Assembly (NCBI GenBank): GCA_029953675.1
Contig: JAMWBK010000007.1
Span: 1,612,001-1,676,000 of the forward strand
Direction: 5' to 3'
Length of the DNA stretch: 64,000 nt
DNA from: Rhodosorus marinus CCMP1338
Lineage: Eukaryota > Plantae > Rhodophyta
The notes below the pieces were generated by a model. The model was given only the letters and a program-made list of their open reading frames with translations. It ran no database searches and had not been told where the DNA came from. How positions within the stretch are numbered: position 1 is the stretch's first letter; each line of letters starts with the position of its first letter. Both the position numbers and the translations under genes were made by a program. This document shows, piece by piece, positions 24,768-37,051 of this stretch.

Positions 24768-24882
24768 ACTTGGACACAAGTATCCTAGCTTCGCTTCTCA
24801 AATTTGTTGCAAATGCTCTTGATATACACTAGTCGTTTTATGTTTGGGGTTTTCGTGACCTAGAAAATGGCCCTTTTAATAG

Positions 24883-26213
24883 TTAAGCGTTTTCTTTGCG
24901 GTATCTTAGGTTGCTAGCGAGCTGTACATCTTTCTGTGCTCTGACCAAGGCCTCCCGGAGTTGGAAGTCCTTTTTGCTCCATTCGAGGTCTGGGACCGGA
25001 CGCTTCTCTCCACGTTCTTTTGACGCTCGCTTGAATGCCGCCCAAACAGCCATTTCCTCCTTCACCTTTCGAAGAGCTTCTACGGGGTCGCCTTCAATGG
25101 TCCGCCGCCTGATTACCTTGGCAGGCTTTGCTGTTTCCTCAACCGACGCTTCTCTTTCCGCTGGTGGTAACTGCTTCTTCGGGTCTCCTTCCGCAGGAAT
25201 CGATCGTAGGACTAGCAGACCACAAGAAGACAAGAGAGACTTGAGCAATAGATTCCCAGACTTGTTCCGCTGCGCTTGTCTCGAGGTTTTATGGCTCACG
25301 GCTTTCAATCAGAGCGATCGCTTCCTTCAGCGCAGCCATGGTGTTCTTCTGTGACGCGTGCTTCATCTCTTTCTCGTATTTCTCTTTGATGAATTGCACC
25401 CCGTCTTGGACGAGCTGGGAATTCTTCCAAGAGTCTAAGAGTTCCTCAAGTTCTTCGCTGTCGAACTCAGGAGTAAGGGCATCATACGCCGCTGGGGTCA
25501 TAGAGACGACGAAACAGTTGTTTGAGAACTCGCAAGCGACTGGGCAGGTTGGCCTTCTCTAGGAAAGTCAGAGAACGTAGCGAGACATATTTCTTCACCA
25601 CAGGTCGCTTATGGATCCATATCCATGCCAACGTCAGTGGCGGGAGAAACTTTGCTCTTCGATGCTCACGTCAAAAGAGCGCTGGCGTTTGCATATTTTG
25701 ACGGCGTCGAACTCTGTGGGTTCGCGCTGGTCTAGTTACCAGTGTTCTCATAGGCTGTTTGAGACTGATTTCTGAAGTCCGTCTAACCCCATTCTTGAAT
25801 ATTGAATATGCTTACCCGCGACTATTCCCAATACCGTTTCAGCGTATGTCGCCTTCTTCTGATACGTAAGGAGCATCACAGCCTGGCTGGCTTTGGAATA
25901 GACGGAAGTTGTACTCGTTGCAGGTCTCTTCCGATCTCGCAGCTCGTACATGACCATAACCTACACGCACCGACGAGCATCTTTCTTTTCAGTTACGAAT
26001 GGACTTCTGGAGGATTTATCTAATAATAAACTAGAAATCCCGCACCTTAGACAACAGGGTCACTTTCTGTTCGTCGGTAATCCCAACCCAATCCACCGGC
26101 TTCACAAGCTTAACATCAACAGGCTCAACAAACTTGAGCACCATCTCACTCACTTGTTTGTATGGTCCATTGACGTAGCTATGGATCTGTTGAACAACAT
26201 TCACTCCATCCAT
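24883..26213 (-). CDS. Hypothetical multi-exon helical protein
   Basis: Successive minus ORFs (MDGVNVVQQIHSYV.., ..LKQLFRRLYDPSG, EELEELLDSWKNSQLVQDGVQFIKEKYEK.., ..WAAFKRASKERGEKR). Lies in the G/T-rich flank of the AT island at 26.6 kb. Confidence 0.45.
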
Positions 26214-27542
26214 CAACCCTCCCATACTCCCCAAACCCCCCAAACCCCCAAACCCCCATCCCATTCAATCCTCCCCAAGCCGTCTTCCCCCATACTGTCC
26301 AGATCAATCCAAACAAACATAAAACCGTTATCAACTTCATCTGCACCAAAAACTATACAACCTCCTCCTTCAAACTAGAAAAGGACAAACTCCAACCCTC
26401 CCAAACACCCCTTCCCCCCCCCAACAAAACCAAAGTAAAACCCACGATTTTACTTACTGCCTATCAGATAGTAAAAGAGTTTCCACCAGCCCCAAAACCC
26501 TAATCACTTCGCCTGCGTCCTAAAAATATCGTTTTCGGAGCCCGACTTCCACACGAATAGCCAATGTTGCTCATCTATGTCCAACAAAATTGTTCCGAAT
26601 ATAAATTTCAATCTATTTATCAATCAAAAAATATATATTGATTATATTCAATCATTTATCTTCTTCGTGTTTGGCCTGAGGAGCTCTTTGAACTTGATTG
26701 ATTCACGGATTGCTTCAGTTTTAGACGACTAGATTTGGTGGATCTACTCATGCTTGGAGGATTTGTGTATCCTTAAGGTGTTTTTAACTTGTGATCGGTT
26801 GTTAGGCAGCAAGTTTGTCCTCCTTTCCTTCCACCCCCCTCCCCCCTTACCTCTTCTTGAGCGATGTCTGGCAGGTTTTGAACAATGAAGTCTGATTTTT
26901 GGGGCTGTTCATGTTTGACAGCTTGTGAAGAGATTAAAGCTTTCGATTTTGCCTGAGACAATGGACAGAACTATAATGGACCTCTCTCCCTGAGTTGGAG
27001 ACGGGTCGCTACTGTCGTTGACTATCAGTAAGACGATGATGCAAACCAAAGGCGGCGGATTCGCCCGTGTATGAGAGTTCTACGGCTTCTGTGAGCGACA
27101 GACTTGTGGTGCCGCACAGTCCTGACAGGATTTTAGAGTACTATTCTTGTATAGTCGTCAGGCTCTGCGCCTTCCAGAGCCCGCAGCTAATGCGCAGAAT
27201 TTATGTCAAGAACGATGGGAGCTTCGCTGTCAATTTGAGTTCATCTTCTTTTGATTAATGACATATATATATATATGTAGTATACAGGTGGTACGTCTCC
27301 TTCATGTTCTCAGCTAGTTTTTGATTTCATAGACTCAACGTCCCCAACTTGGACATCCGTTTCCAGAGCGTCTGACATTTTGATGAATTCCGGATTAGTT
27401 GCCAGAAGAGGGATGCCGGCGAAGCCCTAAACACAGTAGGAAGCACACAATCTGGTCAAAATTCAAGAACCCTCGGTAACAAAATGCGTGATCAGACAAG
27501 TTCTGTGCAAACCTACTATCGAATATTCGGTCCGGCCCCCTC

Positions 27543-27845
27543 TCAAGTTTCGCATAAACGCCGAAACGTGCCGAGGAAATCGAAAAAATGCCTACGCAAA
27601 CGAGAGCCTATATTAGCACGGCAGAAATTCTCGGGGAGTTGTCTTTCAGCGCAAGGATCACATCCCACCTGCGTCTTATCCCTGACCCAATCCTGGCTTG
27701 ACTTGTCGTGAACAAGTCTCCGATTCACCTCCATCATCCGTCGGTACAACCTGGGAAAGCCATACAGCCTCGCAATCGCAAGAACAGAAAGTTTTTTCGC
27801 TACAGAAAGCGCAACTATCTTCCACAAAATCCCGCCTCCCGCCAT
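27543..27845 (-). CDS. Small hypothetical protein (3' end uncertain)
   Basis: MAGGGILWKIVALSVAKKLSVLAIARLYGFPRLYRRMMEVNRR.. followed by a plausible GT donor. Starts in the G-rich flank of the 28.2 kb AT island. Confidence 0.4.
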   Translation of the reverse strand: MAGGGILWKIVALSVAKKLSVLAIARLYGFPRLYRRMMEVNRRLVHDKSSQDWVRDKTQVGCDPCAERQLPENFCRANIGSRLRRHFFDFLGTFRRLCET

Positions 27846-30025
27846 CTTCCCCCTCTCCGCCAAAAAAACCAAAACCTCACCCCCCGACCCCCAAGAAAAC
27901 CCTTCCTCCACACAAAAGCCAAATCACTATCTCTGCTGATTCTCACTTCTCCTCTCCGTAACTCAGCTATTTACATATTGATATTCCAAGATACAATAAA
28001 ATCTTATCGAAACCTTATCCGCACGTCCCCTACAAATTTCTCTCGTCCACCATCCCCCCCCACCGAATACCTTCCCCCCTCCCCCGACGAAAGAAATTTC
28101 TTATATTTCAGCGGGACATTCCATTTCATACATTTCGTCATCTATCTGATTGGTGACGCATGGAATCCTCGAACTTAAAAGACTTACCGATATTAAATTT
28201 CTAATTTTAAATATTATTGTTATGTATATTAAATATAAATTAGAACTGTTGCTTTTTGTTATATAAAAACATGAAATGGATTTGCTTGATTTAAGTGAGA
28301 AATCAGGGGTTGCTTCTAAATCAAATGAAAAAGGGAGCTTTGCGCGTAGCGTAAGATTGGTGCGCGATGCCAAATATATAGGTTTTCAAAATATTTTCGT
28401 CGTAAAGTCTGTGTTGAAGATTCGGCGGGGATGGTGATGAGGTTGGTGGGTAAGGGCCTGGTTGTCTTGTAGACGGTAGACGAGATCAGTGCTGTGTAGC
28501 TCACGCTTAAGAGTACGTATCTATTTGGAACATGATACCCCGCGACTCGGATTGCCTTCTGAGACTTCTGGGTTCTGGTTTGGTTTAGCCGGTTTTTCGA
28601 TGTGCTCGTTTCCGGGACGTTCACAGAGCAGGATGTTACTTTGGTTCAGGCGATAATAGTCGGGGGTGGTAGTGAACGATCAACCGGTCCGGGTATTGGG
28701 AAAATTTCGTGCTCCTACCCAAGAGTCGCAAGAAAAGTCCTAAACTCAATGTGCAGGAACATGTCCCGAACACCAACCATTGTATCCGCTCTCACCGCAG
28801 CCAGTGTTGCACTCTCCAACCGTACAGTGATAGGACTGCGACAAATGAAATACAGGTACATGCTCATTCCAGAGGTACAAAAACAAAATTGGCTGGGGAT
28901 GCCCTAGGACTCTCATAATCGGGTCCGTATCAGAGACTCCCTCGACCATCAGGTCAACCCTACCTCGGGCGCCCAATCTTGACATACCCACCAGACAATG
29001 GCTTACCACAAATTCTGCACATCGACCTGGTCAATCGCAAGGACAGAAAAGTCATCCAAACGAGATTTGTGGTCCAGTTTTTCGATAGCTCGCAATACTC
29101 GATTACAAACCAGTAGAGCCTCTTCAAGCAACAAGCACCACCAATTGACTCACCTCAGGACGCCAACCCATGACCATCAAAAACACGATTTTCAAAATAT
29201 ATTTCAACTATATGACACAAAATCAACAAATTCAATATCCGAATAGCGAATCAATACAGGAATCGTATTGTATTGACTGAAGATATTTGAAATATCGCCA
29301 TATCATTGATCAAACTCCATCGTATACCAATCAAAAATATATGAAATTTAGAAAATAAGACTGCATACTATCATTTTGCAACGGTACGAACTACTTAATT
29401 GGACAAATAGGGTTGAAATAAATAATTATTATTAATTGTACGATGATACAATAGTCAGCCCAAAATAGTACCATTTCTTCTTGTACTAAAAATCTCGCGT
29501 GTATCATGCGCCACATTCACATTGAGTTTCCGGGCCTGAATTTTATTATTGATAAATGAAATTTTCATCAGAGTGGGGTTTCTACGAAGTCGGCTGGTTT
29601 TAATAGTGGAAAGAAGAGGGTTTTTTGGTAGCGAAGAGGATGTCGCTGAGTTGGTATTCAAAGGCTTTTGACCAATTTTCGTTTTGGTCTGGGAGGACGG
29701 TAGTTGGGAAGGATCTAGTACTATGGAGCATTTGAACATCAGTAGACTGGATCTTGATGGGAAGACAACTATTGTAACGTACGTTTGAGAGAAGTGTTGC
29801 CTGGAAGCGGGGGTGGGCAAGGGTGAGTATCTAGGTTTTCTTTTCGTTTTTGATGCGGTGGTGTTGAGGATGGATCGTTCAGATGTTGGGAGCTTGGGTG
29901 GTGTTTTTGAAGGAGATCGTGGGCTGAATCTGATCTGGCTTAGTTGGATACTGGCGTATTGAGGGGTCCGGAGCTGGGATGCTCTGGCTGGGGGTTCCTG
30001 GATGTGATCGTCCGAGTTTTAGGTC

Positions 30026-32632
30026 ATGGAGCGGAAAACAAATTTCGCGAGCGCGTGCTTCTTGGTGAGCCCCTTCTCAAGTCCGTATGGAGGACCTGCT
30101 TTGTGTTCTGAGCGACCTAAAGTGGTCGTTCAGAAGCGTAGTTCCGGCGGACTTGATGGGTTATCCCATGTGCGCGGGTGGAAAGGTTTGGACGATGAAG
30201 AGCTCATGGATGGATCGGCCTCTGGAGTTTCAGCGGACTCATTGAAGAGGCAGCTGAACAGGGCCATGATGGAGAAACGCGCCGACTCAGTGGTTGCCGT
30301 GTTTCGTTACGCTGGAAGAGCTCTGTCGGATGAAATCAAGGAGAACTTTCCATACTCGGATGTCCACTCTACAATGAAAGAGTGCATGAACAACAACATG
30401 TGGGCTGGTGGTTTGGCAGCGTTGACATTTTTGGAGACTTGCTACGCCCCGGTTAGGAAAAGCACGTATGCGGTTGCTGCTGGCGGTTTGGCTCGCTCCG
30501 ATCGAGTAATTGAGTTGCGTGATTTGGTGATGAAGTTAATGAGAAAAGATATGTGTGAATTTCCAACACCCGACGCTGACGAACGGATCTGTGCATTGGC
30601 AGCAAACATAGCCATTGAGAACAATAGATTGCAGATCGCCTTGGACATTGCAGAAGAAATGGAAAAGGCCGGAATCGAGAAGGGGGTTCTCACGTTCTCC
30701 ATTCTCATAAAGGGTAAGATTCGAGTTGGAGAAAGCCGACAGAACACACGCCTCATTGAAAGTTTTTGACAACTACGCGCCTATCCAAACGCCAGGATAC
30801 GGTAGGAAAAGACGTGTTGGTGACGTAAAGAGGCAGCTGATGAAGATGAAAGCACTTGGTGTAGAAGGGGACCTGGTTTTGTACAACACGGCCATCGATG
30901 CTTTCGTGAGATCTGGAATGATAAAACTCGCGGAGCAAGTTGTACAGAGTATGAGGACTACAAATCATGTTTGCTGCTTCTTTGCTCTGTTGTATTGTTG
31001 GCGTTTGCCCTAACGCCAATGCTCGTCTACGGATTTTCCTATAGGAATGAAGGAAAAGGGTGTAGATCCTGATCATGTCAGCTACAATACCCTCGTCAAG
31101 GGCTTGGTAAACGCCAAACGTGTTAGGGAGGCTTTCAGGTTGAGGAAGCAGATGCAGGAGGAGGGCTTTTTGGTCGACGATACTACGAGGAATTCTCTTA
31201 TCCAGGGTTGCGTTCAGGCGCAGCGATTTGGTGATGCCCTGCGACTACTGGACGAAGTAGTTTCGAAACCTTGCTCAGCTGAGGATGCGACCATCGCCTA
31301 TACCACGATTGTCGCTGGTCTCGCGAAAAGTGGCGATGTTGCCGCGGCCGCCGATTTCATGGATCAGATGCGGGAGAACATGATTGCCCCGAACGTGGTC
31401 ACCTACACGGCAGTAATTACGGGCGCTCTCACGCTGGGTGATGTAAGGCAAGCGTGGGATACTTTTCGGGAGATGGAACTAAACGGAGTCACTGCCGACA
31501 AGGGAACTTTCAAGGCCATGATTTCCGGTCTATGCTCGAGCAAGGGAAGCAACGGCGTGGAGGCTGCGAGAAGAGTGTTGGAGACCATGCAGAAGCGATC
31601 TCTTGATCCCGACACGGAAACTTTCAATATGATTATCAACGGGTAAGTGCACCGCGAACGACTCTCACCGGCTGTCCAAGCCGTGAGGTAGCGTTGAGTG
31701 AACAAGGCTAAACCTCTGCTTCTCTCGTGCTGCCTATATGCACTCTGTTTCTGAAATCTAGATACGTTAGGAATCGTCAAGTCAAGGAGGCCGAGCATAT
31801 GATAGTGCTAATGAAGCGGGCAGATATTGAGCTCGACGTCGTAACGTACACGACCTTGCTGAAAGCTTACGGTATCGAGCGAAACATGCGCGAGGTCCGC
31901 AGAATTTTTCAGGAGATGCGGAAGAACGGCATAGAGCCGGATATTTATTCTTTAAACACGTTCCTAGCATCTTGCGTGCGGTCTGGAGATGTCACTCTCG
32001 CCTTTCGCTTGTTTAGGAACATAGTGAACGACAATCAAACACCGGATATCTATACATATACCACGATCATATCTGGTATTGTGAAGTCCTACCGATGATC
32101 TTATTTGAACGCCTTGGTGAGCGGCCGACTGACTTGTTGCTCTGTGGTTGCGTTCAGGACTTGTCAGAGACTCACGTGTAGCTGAAGCGTGGGGTCTCTA
32201 CCGGGACCTAAAGCGAAGCGGTATGGTCCCTAACGAAAGGCTGATTGACCTCCTCATGCAGGGTGTCAGAGCGTCATCGCTTGACTCGCTTGGTGTCAGC
32301 GAGGCAAGGACTTTGCTTCAAGACGCAAAGGCCATAGGCATCAGCGCAAATCTCATCCGCGAATACACTGAGATGGTAAGTTTCACTTCGTTTCAGTGCC
32401 TCGAACAAACCCTCGATACTCTTGCGTGCTGCTGACATTCTCTCCTTTTGCCTCCAAGGTCGAACAATTAGAATACATTACAAGCGAAACTTGGAAGCAA
32501 AGATCCCCAAGGGACGGCTCGAATGACGACGACGACGACATTGATGAGTTCGGGGACCAGAACTCTGCATCCCAGAACATTTTCCGCAATCATGACTGGA
32601 ACGAAATTGACTCGTCTTTCAAAATGTTCTGA
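30026..32632 (+). CDS. Pentatricopeptide repeat (P-class PPR) protein, multi-exon, likely organellar
   Basis: Many 35-aa repeats: DLVLYNTAIDAFVRSG, PDHVSYNTLVKGLVNAK, PNVVTYTAVITG, PDTETFNMIING, LDVVTYTTLLKAYG, PDIYSLNTFLASC, PDIYTYTTIISG. Confidence 0.93.
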
Positions 32633-32908
32633 GGCCTACGTTCTCGCCTGGTTGCCACTGAATAGCGACTCGGTTTTTCTGTTTAACTTAACCCCACTGC
32701 TGATTACTGTAGACATATGAGGACCAGAGAGTTGTATCTAGGACGTAGGTTGTTTTTTGTCCTCAGCGATGCTAGCAGCATCTTTTCATACATACTGTAG
32801 AGATAAAAATAGTAATTTTTCTGGCTCCACCTACTCCCCACCCGCAGCCTCTTTGTCCAAAGCACCGCGCTTTCCCCGCGTTTTCCCAGCTGCCCTTTGG
32901 CTAATGCC

Positions 32909-34434
32909 CTATGGCGCTACTACCTCCCTCGTCCTCAGGAACAGAAACACTGCTGTGAGAATCGTCGCGATGGAAAGGTTGGCCAGCAACCCTAGAAACT
33001 TCTGCTCTGACTGCTTGATCGCCTGAACCTCCTCCTCCGACTGGGGTTTACGATTCTTCTCCCTTCCGGCTTCAACCACTTTGGAAATCTGTTAGCACCC
33101 AAAACGAAAAAAAGGGCATGAGACGTGTACGAGAGGACTAATCGAGGCGGTTACATTCCAGAGATTTGCAAGAAGAATCGAGACAAGAAGCACAATTGCA
33201 CAAATTCTATAAAACCAGGAATCCACCATAGAAAACTTCAGAGCCTTTGGACAGCTCGTCCGTTCCATACTAAGCATCCTGAACTTACGACCGGCGGAGG
33301 GCGTAGCAAGTGAGTGAATTCTACTCTAGTGCTTCTTGGACAAACGAACCTGACTTCTACCAGGAAGACTCTCAAACTCATCAGCAAACGTCAAATCCTG
33401 CTCAGATCCAGTGAACACTCTCCACGGCCGTCCGTACTGGTATTGAAGGAGTCCGACCTGAGACGTTTCAAGCGTTGGCCTCCTTACTACGTACAAGGGA
33501 CGATAATGATATACCTAAGCATTTGAGAACAAGAAGGATCTGATTCGGTCAAGATCACAATCACTGAATCCCGAGTTGTCATGTCCTATTTTTCCACTGA
33601 CAAACCTCCTTAAAGGACTCGATCAAAACTCTTCTTCGATCGGTCTCGACGATGCTCGCAGCGATGTTGGCCTGGTTGTGCTCCAACTTTGGATTAAGAA
33701 GAATGTGAATCGCATCGGGAGCCTTGTTAAGGATTTTCTCCACGTCCAGGATGACTGGATCTCCCGTCCGGTTCTGTGGTGATACTAGAATGTAAGCATC
33801 ACCATCCCCACCGCCTTCTCGAACCTCTTTCGGTAGTAAAGAACCATAGCTCACGTTCTCATTGGTTGGGTTCCCAGTTTTCTCGTAATACGCCCTGGCA
33901 GACGCCGCTTGCCCTAGTTTGTAGGAGAAGGGAGTCCCAAGTTAGCAAGACGGCTCAAGGTTTGTGTTCACTGCAGGATTCGAGGCTCCGCAGTTTAAAA
34001 GCTCACCCGTCGATTCAAACAGGAGTCTAAGATGACGCCTATCGAAGGCCTCGGAAGTAGCCAACGCCCTCGTAACGAAGAAAAGAAGCTCTTCATTGAA
34101 CGGAAACGTGTTTTCGACTTTGTCGTTCAGCCCAGGCAGTAGGACGGTCACCTTGCGGGGTTAGCCATCAAAAAAAGAACACCACACTGTGAATAGAAAC
34201 AGCTAAAACCAACAATTCACTCCTATTAAGAGTTCTCATATCCTCTAAACTTACTCTGAGCCTCTTCAGTCCACCTTCAATTCCACCAGTCACGCTGTTC
34301 ACCGCGCCAACCAGAACCTCCTCCAGACTCCCAGGTGCAGATGGTCGATCCTCGCTCATACAAATCGCTGAACGCCTCTGAATCCCCGATGGGGACTTCA
34401 ATACTCCACTAATGAAACTACAAGTTGCCATCAT
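32909..34434 (-). CDS. Plastid-targeted DUF1995-domain protein, multi-exon
   Basis: Transit-like MATCSFISGVLKSPSGIQRRSAICM. VLLPGLN, HILLNPKL..RRRVLIESFKE | VYHYRPL..GLLQYQYGRPWRVF fit the DUF1995 pattern. C-terminal hydrophobic segment. Confidence 0.65.
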
Positions 34435-34929
34435 ATCCAGTCCAAAGGCCACACAGGCGCCCGGTCTCCCAACTTTCCTCCCAAAACGATCATCAACAAA
34501 AGACCACGTTAAAAAGCACCAATCTATCACTTTTTCATCGATTCCCATCAGTTTTATGTACATTTAATACAAAATAAAACGTACTTTTAATTTAATAAAA
34601 TATTTAATTTTCTATATTACGAAGGATATCTGGGGTGAGGGGGACTCAGTAACATATACTAACGCAGCCCTCGATGTAAAGGAGTTTGGTTGGGCAAGCT
34701 GTGGGAGGATAGGAGGTGGTAGAGAGGGAGAAGAAGAGAGATGAACTGAATATTAGTACTCACCTAGTCACAATTTTTATGACCATACATCAGAAAGTCA
34801 GTATTTTGCTTCAGGAATCCTTGCTGTTGAGTGTTTGTCTGGTTTGGTTCTGGGTATTTGAGTGTGTAGAGAGCTCTGGATGCGGCATGATACACAGCTA
34901 GGGATTGACTGGCGTTGGAAAAGGAATAC

Positions 34930-36310
34930 ATGATTTTTCGGGGATGGCGTGCACAACCTTACCACAACCAAGCTCTGCATAAGCCCTTGTCTCTCGAGAA
35001 ACCACCGGGCTGATGCTTCCGAGAAAGGTCTTCAGGTACCTTTCTTGTCTGGCAGACCACGGCGAAGTTCAACAACATCTGGGCCCCCCGATCATGTCCT
35101 TTCTAGAACCTCAGAAGCTCACGAGTTCAGCTACACTGAGCGATGAAAACTTCTGTTCAGGTGACAACAGGAACGCTCTGTATGATCCACTCCTTATGTC
35201 CTAGCTTCATCCAATCCATCGTGTGCCTCCTGATGTAGATTCATAGGTGTAGTTCCATGAACACAGATCAGGACGCGACTCTGGTTCTAATTGGGCAGGC
35301 AATGCAAGTCGCTGCTAATCTGAAATCGGTTCTAAAGAGGTTCACAAGAAATTACAGCGAAGAATGAATCTTGAAGGAGGAAAGCTTGAGACAGCACTAA
35401 CGGACGATGAGCTTGGATCTGATCCGACCTTGAGCTTCGGAACCTGGTTCGAGGAAGCGAAGAACGCTGGAATCCATGAACCCAATGCGATGTGCCTGGC
35501 GACCTCGAGTCCTGATGGTACTCCATCGGCGAGGATGGTGCTGTTGCACAGTAAGCCCCTGACATACCTCCTTCAAGATCAGAACGTTGTTGTTCTGAGA
35601 ACCGATCGGCTTTGTCCTGTGGTTTTTCATTGAAGGTTTCGATCAGCGAGGATTCGTTTGGTACACAAACTATGAAAGCCGAAAAGCCTCGGAGATCGAA
35701 CTGAATCCCAAAGCTGCGCTGGTTTTCTACTGGCAGAGTCTAAACAGATCTGTTCGTATTGAAGGTAGAGAACAGCCTGTAATCGGTTTTTTTCTTAAGG
35801 ATTCTCTGGATCTCCTTCCTCTCAGCTTGTCCGCGAAAACACGCGAGCTGAAGCTTTGGTCCGACGTTGTCCATCTTCCCATAGGTTCAGTGGTGAGAAT
35901 CACATCGGAAGAATCAGATGCTTACTTCAACTCAAGGCCGCTCGACTCGAAGCTGGGAGCTTGGACAAGTCGACAAAGCCGCCCAATCCCAGACCGAAAG
36001 GCGCTCGAGGATGCTTTAGCAACCACTAGATTGCGTTTTCTTGGGACTGCGACGACGTGAGGCTCATCGGATCGATCCATTGAACATCTTGAAAGTCAAT
36101 TTTGGATTCACGCTCTGCTCATCTTCTATGATGGAATCCAGGAACGAAGGTGAAACTTTAATTCCAAGACCTCAGTTCTGGGGTGGATATAGACTAATCC
36201 CCCAGAGAATCGAGTTCTGGAAATCTCGCCCTGCTCGTCTTCATGACCGACTGAGCTATTCCCGAGATCAGTCCTCATCAACCTGGACGAAATCTAGGTT
36301 ACAGCCTTGA
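34930..36310 (+). CDS. PNPO: Pyridoxine/pyridoxamine 5'-phosphate oxidase (5' start approximate)
   Basis: [30 protein letters not shown] | [34 protein letters not shown] | [17 protein letters not shown] | [30 protein letters not shown]. Confidence 0.93.
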
Positions 36311-37051
36311 GGATACAAAGCAGAACTGCACTCGCTAGACTTACGGTGTCTATGCAGCACTTTTGTATGGAGCATCCTATCCAGCCTCCGTCGACGAGAG
36401 CTGACTGCTAGCAGATCTATGTGCGAAACTGATGACCGCGTATTACGGATCCTCTTCAACTTCTGAGACGATCTGTGTCCAAGATATGGATCCTGTTCAG
36501 CTTCCGAGACGGTCTGTGTATATTGTCCGTAGACGTTACCTCTCGCGGAGCCAGGGACTTGTTCGGCACCGGAAGATATTGTCCCACGGCGTTCTCTCTG
36601 ACTGTCTCGGTAGATCCTCCCCATGACCCGCTCCGACGCTGATTGACTAAAGATCCTTGCTGTTTGACGTTCTTTTCGAATGCCAGAAGTCATAGTGCAG
36701 ATTGACCAACGCGTCCACATCTCTCGTCATCTAGGACGGTCAATGAGTTTCCGCTTTGAACGGGAAGTGTTTTGGGAGTTCACGATGAGAAGGATCCGTT
36801 CTATCTCTTTCCGAGAAGCGGTTCTCTACCCAAAGAATCAGTTGAGGGGTTCACACATCATCTCCTTCAATATTATCTCTGCGTTTTCTTTTGCTCAAGA
36901 GTGTAGTGGTGACCACAAATCCAAGAGGGGTCTCGGGAATAGTTTCAACGCATGACCTGAAGAAAGCTACTGCGTCGACTGGGTAGACTATGTACACATG
37001 GACTTCTCTCGTTGCTTTGTTGTGATGAGCTAATGCTCGATGGAAAACGCA

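Noticed and set aside
28380-29120. Possible plus-strand gene between two AT islands
   Set aside because: Exon-like frames (..ILHIDLVNRKDRKVIQTRFVVQFF..) exist, but I could not assemble a consistent model or assign a family.
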